A stretch of DNA of 64,000 bases from Ostrea edulis (taxonomy: Eukaryota), in the NCBI RefSeq assembly GCF_947568905.1, contig NC_079169.1, forward strand, positions 92,876,001-92,940,000, read 5' to 3'. Positions 20,901-32,900 of the stretch are shown here, piece by piece (position 1 is the first letter of the stretch; each line of letters opens with the position of its first letter). Position numbers and translations under genes: made by a program. A model generated the notes under the pieces. That model ran no database searches. It was not told the DNA's origin and saw only the letters and a program-made list of their open reading frames with translations.

Positions 20901-23900
20901 ATAAAATCACAAGTCAAGGTGAGCATGAGAATTATATCAATGGACCCTATCAAAATTCGAGCTTCACTTCTACAAACTCGATAAAATCCCAAATCAAGGT
21001 GAGCATGAGAATTATATCAATGGACCCTATCAAAACTCAAGCTTCACTTCTACAAACTCGATAAAATCACAAGTCAAGGTGAGCATGAGAATTATATCAA
21101 TGGACCCTATCAAAACTCGAGCTTCACTTCTACAAACTCGATAAAATCACAAGTCAAGGTGAGCATGAGAATTATATCAATGGACCCTATCAAAACTCGA
21201 GCTTCACTTCTACAAACTGGATAAAATCACAAGTCAAGGTGAGCATGAGAATTATATCAATGGACTCTATCAAAACTCGAGCTTCACTTCTACAAACTCG
21301 ATAAAATCACAAGTCAAGGTGAGCATGAGAATTATATCAATGGACCTTATCAAAACTCGAGCTTCACTTCTACAAACTCGATAAAATCACAAGTCAAGGT
21401 GAGCATGAGAATTGTATCAATGGACTCTATCAAAACTCGAGCTTCACTTCTACAAACTCGATAAAATCACAAGTCAAGGTGAGCATGAGAATTATATCAA
21501 TGGACCTTATCAAAACTCGAGCTTCACTTCTACAAACTCGATAAAATCACAAGTCAAGGTGAGCATGAGAATTATATCAATGGACCCTATCAAAACTCGA
21601 GCTTCACTTCTACAAACTCGATAAAAGCACATCAGTGCTTGAGAATGTATAACAGCAAAGAAATGGAGGCATTTCCAAATTTATATTGTTTCACATGAAG
21701 TTCTGGTTTCATGTCTGCATACGAATCCATGGAATTTCATACAAAATGGAAATCATTAATCTGCAGAATTTGACTACATGGATATAATAAGTCAGTAGTG
21801 TTGTGTTGTTTCATGTACAGTGAGTGCTCTTTCATGTGTAGTGTGCAGTCCCTTTCTTAATGTTGAGTGCCAGGAAACACCTTGTTTCAGTTCGTATTGC
21901 ACACCATGAAAATGACAAATGCTGAAGTAGAGTAGAAGATACTTTTGAAAGAAAATGTTGAATACTTAGATTTAAGCAGGCAAAGCATGCAACATTTTCT
22001 TACCTAATTAATGAAATGAAAATAAGATAAAGCATTATCAGAAAGTTTTAACTAAGCCTTTTCATTGTCATATTACAAATGAGTTAATGTTGTAGATTTC
22101 TTACTGCAGTTCATTTTTTTATGGCTAAATGTGTATTTTGAATATTTTCATATATCTTGTACCTGTATAATGAATGTTAATGATAAATTCAGGAGAAAGG
22201 CTTTTCACTGCACTACATCATACTCCATTTTTTTCCAACAGAAAACAGAGTTGCTGTACTGATAGAGGATATTGCATTGTCTGTTGATGTTCAGGAAATA
22301 TATGCCAAGGTCAAGGTTACATGTAACTCGGCCAATGTACACCACTTTGACAGAAAATTGCCTAAGAGTAAGAAGTAAGTGTTTGTAAAAACAATCAGAA
22401 ATCAACGGGTGTAAATTTAATTCAAAAAGTGCATTACAGTTAGACCCTGTTACAGCAGACATGTTTATAATGAGTTCATGCTTATAGCAAAGTGATTTTC
22501 ATTCCCTATAGTTTTAACACATATTATAAACTTATTATACCCCCCGCAACAAGTTGTGGGGGGGGTATACTGGAATCAGGTTGTCCGTCTGTCTGTCCGT
22601 CCGTCCGTCTGTCCGTCCGTCCGTCCGTCTGTAGACGCAATGGTTTCCGGACTCTAAAGCATTATCCTTTCCACCTACTGTCACCATATCATATATATGG
22701 ACTACCCATGGGATGAAGATGTTCCCTATCGATTTTGGGGTCAAAAGGTCAAAGGTCAAGCGCACTGGACATCGAAGTAGCAAAATGGTTTCCGGGCTCT
22801 AAAGCGTTATCCTTTCCACCTACAGTCACCATATCATATATATGGACTACCCATGGAATGAAGATGTTCCCTATCGATTTTGGGGTCAAAAGGTCAAAGG
22901 TCAAGTGCACTGGACATCGAAGTAGCAATATGGTTTCCGGGCTCTAAAGCGTTATCCTTTCCACCTACAGTCACCATATCATACATATGGACTACCCATG
23001 GGATGAAGATGTTCCCTATCGATTTTGGGGTCAAAAGGTCAAAGGTCACGCGCACTGGACATCGAAGTAGCAATATGGTTTCCGGGCTCTAAAGCGTTAT
23101 CCTTTCCACCTACAGTCACCATATCATACATATGGACTACCCATGAGATGAAGATGTTCCCTATCGATTTTGGGGTCAAAAGGTCAAAGGTCACGTGCAC
23201 TGGACATCGAAGTAGCAATATGGTTTCCGGGCTCTAAAGCGTTATCCTTTCCACCTACAGTCACCATATCATACATATGGACTACCCATGGGATGAAGAT
23301 GTTCCCTATCGATTTTGGGGTCAAAAGGTCAAAGGTCACGCGCACTGGACATCGAAGTAGCAATATGGTTCGGTTTGTCATGCCATTTGTTTTTTACACT
23401 CAGAAAAGAGGTAGTTTATACCTATTACCAACACCCTTTGGGAGATTGGGGTAAGCGGGGGGTATTCTTAGTGAGCATTGCTCACAGTACCTCTTGTTTA
23501 ATATAACGAATTCATTTAAGATGAATCAAAATTGTTTGTCCTAGCACTTCACTATCAGATTAAGTGTGTTTTACTGTATTTGAAAAATGATTGGAAATGT
23601 ATGATTTAATGTCACTTTTCATTGTTTGTGAACTTTCTATGTATGATTTAATGTCACTTTTCATTGTTTGTGAACTTTCTATGTATGATTTAATGTCACT
23701 TTTCATTGTTAGTGAACTTTCTATGTATGATTTAATGTCACTTTTCATTGTTAGTGAACTGTCTCACTGGGAAGAGGGACCATTCCTGGGAATCCTGATG
23801 AGTTGTAGAAAAGAGATTTCAGGCGATATTCAGATTTTATCCCATAAAAGTGGCTTCCATTCCCAGCATTCCGTGCCTCATAAACCTGGGGATGTAACGC

Positions 23901-26900
23901 ATGGCTTTCTTAACTTCACTTTTACGCGTGCCTTGTGTAAGAACGTTGCCAAGAAGATGAGAAAACTGAATGCTGACCTGGCGGTGTTCGAGGAATTTGA
24001 GAACGACGTTGTTAGCTATGATCTCTACTTTCACAAGTACATTTCTGAGATGTGTCTAAACACAGAGCCCTGTGATTTTATTCTGTACATTCCAGCAGTT
24101 CATACTGTCCTAGACAGCTTTGAATCTCTTATATTCCCCAAAAAATCTTCCTCAGTACCAAAACCGGTACAGACACCAGCATTGCCAGCTCAGGAAAGTG
24201 ACAGACTTCCATTACTGACCTCCAGTTCCCTCCCCTTGTTGTATGTTACCATCAGCAATTTACGGGTCTTCATTCCAAAGACACATTCCGAGAACCAGGA
24301 AGGTCATGACCTTGCCCTAATCATTCTATCAGAAATAGCAGTGAATCCACAAGTGGACAACCCACTGCCCAGGTATGCACTTGAACGGGAGATTTACCAC
24401 AAGGCCATGCAGTTGAACCTGACACAGCAGCCGGGGTCGGCCATTGAGAATCGACAGTACCAGATTGACATCCAGGGTCTCTCAGTTTGTACAGGTAAAA
24501 CAAACAGCTGAAAAATTGATCAGCAATGTGGGGAAACATGCACTCGATTTTAAGGTGGATCGATCCTCATGTGACTTATCAATAATAATGGTTAAAAGTG
24601 CAAAAACTGTATTAATTTCCATTCAATATAGTTAAATTTAAACAATAACCAAAGAAAATGTGTATGTTGCCACATTTTTAAAGATGTGAGACATAAAAAA
24701 AACGGAAGTATATATTAACATAAGAAAATCACACATTTTCGTTGTGCAGAATAATTAAAATAGATAAAAACTTGTTGAAATGACAAATTTTAAATGTCAA
24801 CAGTTTAAAAAAAACTGCTAATTCATAAATATGTATAAATTATTTGTGGATATTAGGGAAATCATGCATAATAGACATGCTGTAGAAGAAATACCAGCAT
24901 AGGAGTTATTGCCCTTGACAACATTTTTTTGATTTTAAAAAATTGATTATCTATAGAAAATATACACTTTTTCAATATCAATAGTTTACCAGATTTTTTA
25001 TTTTATGCAGTGAATAAAATTTCTCAGAAGATATATTTCTATCATGTGCAAAGTTTAATTTGATAAAGATTTTTGTAAAACCTATGACATCACACAAGGA
25101 TCGATTAACCTTAATTGGTTTTTTTATCAGCCTTATAGAACTATGTATTGTGTGCATTTGTGTATAGTATAAACCCTTCCCCCATATTTGGAGAGAAAAA
25201 AATTCATGAAAAAAATCTCAGTCCTATGTATTGTGTGCATCCAAAAAATGACAAAATGGATGTGCGATTTCTTAAATCAAGGTTGAAATACTTTACTGAA
25301 TATTTCCTCATCTTTATTTGCATCAGAAAACAAATTTACAGTAATGATGATATTTGAAGTTTGTGATCAGTGTTTGAATATTTAAAATCAAATAAAAGTA
25401 TTTCTTGTTTTGACATGCTAGTTACTGGTGTAACATACATGTACATGCATGTGTGAATGCCCTACATTTTTACAGTTACTGCCCTTGCACCAGAAGTTGG
25501 GGGGGGCACGTTTATTGATCTAAAGCTTCAGATGAAATAGTATCAACAAATAGGGTATAGTAAAGCTTACAGTACAAAAATCTTTATTATGTTGAGTTTT
25601 AACAGGTATCATATTTCTAATATCAAATAAAGTTTAGTTTCTTTAATCTTATGGAGAACACATTTTAAAATTAATGTACATTTTGTCAAATTGAAGGGAT
25701 GGGGAAGGGGGTGTTAGTCGTATTTGATATTTATTTCTGATCAAGCTATGATACAATTGATACTTCGGATACCAGAAGATCAACAGATACCTGGAAATAA
25801 AAGCACAGTGATACCATGTGATAATATAAATATAATCAGGCATGTAGCATCGTTTTTTTTTTGGGGGGGGGGGGGGACAGCTGAAGAAGTTGACTTCACA
25901 ATGGTCTGAAAATCCTTGACAAGCAAAAACAAACAAATATAAGAAAACCCAAAGTTCTAAAACATGCAGAAGGAGGGGAGCAAAGGTTTTTACAAGTTGT
26001 GAACAATCCATGTGTAAATCTTCATAAATACAGTCAAACCTTGTCATTGTGAATTCAATGGGACCAGAACAATTTCTAGATATCCCAGGATTTGAGATAT
26101 TGAGGGTAAGATTCTTATAGAATAAGTGGTTAGGACTTCCGAATCACTTCAACATATCCCATGGTATTTGAGATTTTGGTGTTTGAGACACCGAAGTTCA
26201 GCTGTATAGAACGAATTCCAACAGAAATGAAAGTAGAATGTATTGCTTTATATTTACTGAATATAAAAAATGAATTTCATTTTGAATAAAGATACATGAT
26301 GATACATGTATCAACTGCAACACTTTGCACCGGCATCCTTTCATGAAACGTTTTACAATGCTTACTTTTTTTTCAGGGAAATGGGGAGATTTTCTTCAGC
26401 AAACACATTCAGAGAGGCAGAAAGACTTGGTAAAGCCGAAGATTCAGATTCCTGCTCTAGAATGGAACACTGTTTTAAAACCTTTCAGGTAATGCTAAAT
26501 CAAAGCATTACTAGTGTGTGCATCTGTTACAGTAATGAAATGAATAAAAAAAACATCGCAACATGCTGCAAAATGCAAAGTTTTATCATATGAAAAGCTG
26601 TAAATAAAAACCATAGCAGATATCATATTGATGGGTCATTAATGATTGATTGTATGTTGTTTCATGTCCCGTTTGAGAATTTTTCACTCATGTGGAGACG
26701 TCGTTTTTAGTCATGAACGTGAACCAATAAAATTGGTGCCCATGCTGTGTAGACTGGACATGAAGATTGTAGCAGCTCCAGCCATTGTGTATATATCTCA
26801 GAGAAAGGAAGTACAGCCTGTACCGAAGGTCAGTCAGAAAACTTCTGTAGTTCTTAGAATTAGTCAGTTTACATGTAAATCTTCAGTATTCATCATGTCA

Positions 26901-29900
26901 TCATTTTGGCACTTTAGATTTTGGTGTGTGGACATTCCATCGAGATCAATGTTGCCAACAAGCTTGACATCTATGCAGGGACTAGTCAAATAAAGCTCCT
27001 AGAGCACCTGGCTCAGACTGCTGCATCCAGCTTTTCGGGAAAACGGACCAAACGAGAAAAACACTCCAGACAAAGTCCGACCGGAGCCCCAGTAAAATCT
27101 GAGGCATCTTTAGACAGCGGACTTGGCAGCGACATATCTTCAGTGAGATCGCCAGGGAGAGTGAGATCTGAAACTGTAACAGGGATTGGTCAGGGATCAG
27201 GAGCCAAATCTTACACACCTTTTGACCTGTTACTCACTGCGAATGTGGTGTCTTGTTCACTGTACAGAAATCAGGAGACAGAATCGGGGGTCATTCTGGA
27301 GGAGGACGTGGTCATTGTAGACAAAGCTGATGTGGCTGACATGGGAACAGACAACAGGGAGAATGTGAGAGAGAAGAAAGAAGAGGGTGGGGGAGATTCT
27401 TATAAAGAGGTCTCTGTCATACCGTTCTTACATTTGTATCTATGGCAACCTCATACAGTGCTTTCCTGTCACCATGACACCCAGAAGTTTGAAATTTCAT
27501 GCTATGATGTTTCCTTAAAAGGGCCCCATAGAGATTCTTGTCCTACAGGTATGATATATCTCCAACACCAAATTCTTCTTGAAATTGAGACTGTACCTGT
27601 TTATAAACATGTGTGTATATTTATGTGCCCTGTACCTCTTTATATACATACATGTATATCTATGTGCCATGTACCTGTGTATATACATACATGTATATTT
27701 ATATGCCCTGTATCTGTTTATATACATACATGTATATTTATGTGCCCTTTATCATTGTTTGCCTTTTTCGTGACAGATTTATCAAAGCAATTACCGGACT
27801 GGTCAACCTATGGTGTGAATTGGCTTGAGACCAGACCGGGAGAGCCGAATCCCAAGACAGGCATTCCCCCCAGTCTGTGTACGCTGTCTGTCACAGATTT
27901 CATCATCCAGCGAGGTAAGTGGTTTTCAACAGTAATCTGTGTGGCTTTTGACAGCAAATCTTTGTATTGTTCTCACAGCTACTCTTTGAATGGTTTCCGA
28001 CAACTAATATTTGGCTATTATAATTATGCTCTTGTTTTAAAAATCAGAGAGCTTTGGGGGGGGGGGGGGGGGATCTATTTATCTCTCCAAAACGTTAACC
28101 TTAGTCATAACTTTTGAATGGTGACTGATATGGAATTCATATGTGCATTCCTTGTGACAAGACTTTTTTTGTAACCAAACTTTTTTACCTTGTGACCTTG
28201 CTCTTGGAATTTGAACAACTTTTAAGATAAGTTAACCTATGCAACATCTCATGAACTATTTAAGATAGTACTTTTTTATTTTGTGTATACATTCCATTAT
28301 GATAAGTCTTTGTTGCCACCAGGTGCATTACCTGGTATTTTACAAACACATCTTGCTTTTGAGTAGTTTCTAACCACTTCTTTTTCATCTGACAGCAAAG
28401 ATTGGTGTGAGGGTGGAGAGACCTGTGAAAGTAAACTTAAGTCTGGACAAAGTGGAACAAATTCAGAATTTTCTTGGTGACATCCTGGAGTCACAACCTA
28501 GTGATCAAAGTGCCACAAAGCCCATGACAGAGTCTTTATCAAGGGAGGCAACTGCAGCAAGTGCCACAACCAACGCAATACAGAGTGAGTCAGCTTCTTC
28601 TTATAACCTTCATTATCATTTCATGAATATTATCCTTTATTAGTGAACTTATTAACTTTGTACAGGTAAGGAGGTATTTGATACATGTCAGTAAAATTAC
28701 AGTTCATCTCGGGAAATATGGATGCTGAAGAGGACAAAGACTTGGCAAACTTGTCACTGCCCTCTTTAGTATTTATGATACACTTGATGAAATCTACTAT
28801 AAGTTACTGTAGATCACTTTTATTTTGCGAGACTTTATTTTCACATGGATACAGTGATGTATTTATTCATGAGACATAACTTTCGTGAATCATTATTCAT
28901 TGCTTAAGCCTTCTATATTTAAGAGTTTCTTTGCAAGAACTAAATTTTCGCAAATGGCTTCTCTCGCAAAATTATATTTAGATAATGTTCTAGCAAATGA
29001 AATGTGATTTACAGTACCATCATTATTTTTCTCTAGAAATGATTATACACCGCAATTTTATTTCCAAGGGTCTATCTGTTTTACAGCAGTTTTGTCGAAG
29101 ATTGGAAGTGTGGATGTTGTTTGCAATCAAATTGTTGTAGCCATGGAAACAGAATTTCAGGATGAGCATGCTCAGTTGACTAGCAGTATGGAGGAGATTC
29201 AGTTGGAGGTCAACCTGATTCATAATCAACAAAACACAGGTCAGAGGTCAAGGTTTCGTATGTTTGAGATAGAATTAGAATAAATGCCTGTATTTATGTC
29301 CATACTCACCAGCATGGCTTGTAAACATCTAAGAAAGTAAGTAACGTCCATCTCTACACTACAGACAAAACAGAAGGCCTGACTGCAGACCTTTTTTTCT
29401 GGGATTTGACGGTCAGTACAGGATACAGGAACAAGTCCCGCCCATTTGTTGGCCCGGTCAGTCTAGCTGCGGACACTGTGGTCAGGTTCTATGAAGACGA
29501 CTGTATAACTCCACTGACCATTCCGAGAGTGGTCACTTCAGTTACTGTCGAACATATTCTCCTCTCTTTTGGACAGGAGCATGTCATGTGTGTACATGTG
29601 ATTGAGAAAAGCCTCAAGGTAAGTTTTATAAAAAATGTTGTCATCCCAGCTTAAATACACTACGCGTGCTTTTGAAGTGTCAAATTCTACCATAGAAAAT
29701 AAAATAAACAATTATGTATTATGTCTGTGTCATTCGATTGATGGTTTGTAGAAGTTTGTGCCTGCTAAGATCTCCTATCTGACATAATGTTGCTCTCTTT
29801 ATAGAATTTTAGAAAACAGTTCAGGAAAGTCAACAAGAAACATACCAAATCACCGTCAGAGCAGGAGGAGGAGAGGATGGAAGAGCCAGTGTTAGGTGTG

Positions 29901-32900
29901 GAGGAATCCTCCAGGGACGATCTGAGAACAGGAAAATTTGAATATGTCATGGACTCCGGTCAGTTTCAGTGTCATTTTTAACACTGGTCAGTTTGTAGTT
30001 ATACTGCTTTTTCCAAGTGATTTTATTAAATAATTACTGTTAGTTTTCTAATTACATGATTCACAAATTCATGATCCTTAGTGATCAGAGCCTCTGTGAA
30101 TTACCTCACATGATTTGGCAGAAGGTGCTTTCTGTAGTACAGTTATAGGCTGTGTCTGTGTTTATGCAGGGAAAGCTTCTCTTTTACTGTCACAAGGTTC
30201 ATTGACGGATGGAATCGTCGTATAATTATTGGATGCATTAATGGGATAGTAAAGGTCAATTTGATCAATTTTCTTCAAAGCATTAGAACGAGTCCCATTG
30301 ACTCGTAAAAGTCATTTCCTGTAAATGATATCTATTTTGTTGATTTATCTACATTTATTTCCAAGGTTAAACAATTATAATCTTTAAATTACATCCCCGG
30401 AATTTTTGCTTCCTGGACAAAATCCTATTATCTATATAAGATGACCCCTAGTGTAACTTTTAATGAAACATGCAATCATTTCAAAGTTGAAAAATATCAT
30501 TCATTCATCCTTTTCATAATAGGAAACATGTATTAGAAAGAAAGAATATGATTTGAGATGAGAAAGAGGTCACCAAAATGAGCTGTACTGTCTTTTTTAA
30601 GATGTGATGTTTTTGTTTGTAACAAGTATAGAATGTATGCATTCTCTTTGCACACAGAAAAGATGGTGTTGTGGTTTTTGATTTTGTGTTGGGTTTATTC
30701 AGTGTCAAGGTTGTCCTCTCTGTCTATAGAGAGGAGTACCTCCCTAACACTGACTTCATTTGACAAGATCTTGTATTAGAAGTTAAATCTTGGTGATTTT
30801 GGATGAGATCTTAAAAACTGAAGCCTTCCTCTCTGAATACAGGTTTAGCTTACAATTGTTTCCCTTACAAATGGCGGGTGATGTTCCCCGTGGTGAGAAA
30901 GATTGTGTTCTATAGAGAGGATTACCTGTAGATAAGAGTTATTTCCCTTACAGATGGCGGGGTGATGTTCCCCGCGGTGGGACAGATTGTGTTCTGTAAT
31001 GAGGACCAGCGTGACGAGGGCAGTATGACCTGGAGTTACAGTCAGCCTAGAGTTGTCTCCCACATGTCCTTTACTCCGATACCATTCAACCTTCCTCAGA
31101 ACTTTTCCAGTAAAGCTGAGGAGAAACAGATACTGGTATCCTCAATCTTATGATAAGTAAAATCTAGAGACAATGAAATTCACTCCACCACGGTTTGTTT
31201 AGCATCATTTGGTGAAAGAAGTTAAATTGGAAAAATATTTCTTTGGTGATAAGGTGTACACACACATCTCAATTGTCATTTCATACCTGAAGTACATGTA
31301 GTTAAATGATCTAGATTAGTTTAAAATGGAATCTTTGAAATCATTTTTTGTTCCTCAGGTGCCCTGTGCTTTACAGTATTATGACCTGGTCACCAGGCAG
31401 TATGTGACCTACATAGAGTTTGATTTGTCAGAGAATTTAGAGACGGTGTTGGAGCTTCCAGAGGTCAAAGGTCATCTTGTGGGGGATCTAGTTGTGGCTA
31501 AGATGTGGAGGGTGCTGGTTAAATACAATCAGATCTACTGTCCGGGACATGAGTAAGTGGAGGGACGCTCTTTATGTCACTTTTGGTAATTGGGAGGTAC
31601 AATGATGTCATGCAGACAATATATTTACCTGTTTTGGGTTTAAAGGTGTAAATTTTATTCTCATATGCAATACAATAAACCATAGGATACTAGATATTGT
31701 GTGACATTAGTGTAAAATCATTGAACATTGTAAGTAAGCACTATGTCAGTCCTTGATTATAGATATAGATATATACTGTGTGACATTAGTGTAAGATCAT
31801 TGAACATTGTAAGTAAGCACTAGGTCAGTCCTTTGTAAGTAAGCACTATGTCAGTCCTTTGTAAGTAAGCACTATGTCAGTCCTTTGTAAGTAAGCACTA
31901 TGTCAGTCCTTGTTTATAGATATAGATATATACTGTGTGACATTAGTGTAAGATCATTGAACATTGTAAGTAAGCACTATGTCAGTCCTTTGTAAGTAAG
32001 CACTATGTCAGTCCTTTGTAAGTAAGCACTAGGTCAGTCCTTTGTAAGTAAGCACTATGTCAGTCCTTAGTAAGTAAGCACTATGTCAGTCCTTTGTAAG
32101 TAAGCACTATGTCAGTCCTTTGTAAGTAAGCACTATGTCAGTCCTTTGTAAGTAAGCACTATGTCAGTCCTTGTTTATAGATATAGATATATACTGTGTG
32201 ACATTAGTGTAAGATCATTGAACATTGTAAGTAAGCACTATGTCAGTCCTTTGTAAGTAAGCACTAGGCCAGTCCTTTGTAAGTAAGCACTATGTCAGTC
32301 CTTTGTAAGTAAGCACTATGTCAGTCCTTGTTTATAGATATAGATATATACTGTGTGACATTAGTGTAAGATCATTGAACATTGTAAGTAAGCACTATGT
32401 CAGTCCTTTGTTAGTAAGCACTATGTCAGTCCTTTGTAAGTAAGCACTATGTCAGTCCTTTGTAAGTAAGCACTATGTCAGTCCTTTGTAAGTAAGCACT
32501 ATGTCAGTCCTTTGTTAGTAAGCACTATGTCAGTCCTTTGTAAGTAAGCACTATGTCAGTCCTTGTTTATAGATATAGATATATACTGTGTGACATTAGT
32601 GTAAGATCATTGAACATTGTAAGTAAGCACTATGTCAGTCCTTTGTAAGTAAGCACTATGTCAGTCCTTTGTTAGTAAGCACTATGTCAGTCCTTTGTAA
32701 GTAAGCACTATGTCAGTCCTTTGTTAGTAAGCACTATGTCAGTCCTTTGTTAGTAAGCACTATGTCAGTCCTTTGTAAGTAAGCACTATGTCAGTCCTTT
32801 GTAAGTAAGCACTATGTCAGTCCTTTGTAAGTAAGCACTATGTCAGTCCTTTGTAAGTAAGCACTATGTCAGTCCTTTGTAAGTAAGCACTATGTCAGTC

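Noticed and set aside
22735-23506. Series of 63-94 aa ORFs (MGSKGQRS...)
   Set aside because: These are translations of the 145-bp satellite units inside a HINE element.
25724-25909. 61-aa ORF as a VPS13B exon
   Set aside because: Exon 19 joins 26377 in phase with VPS13B-like sequence (…PALEWN), and this ORF has no convincing splice sites.
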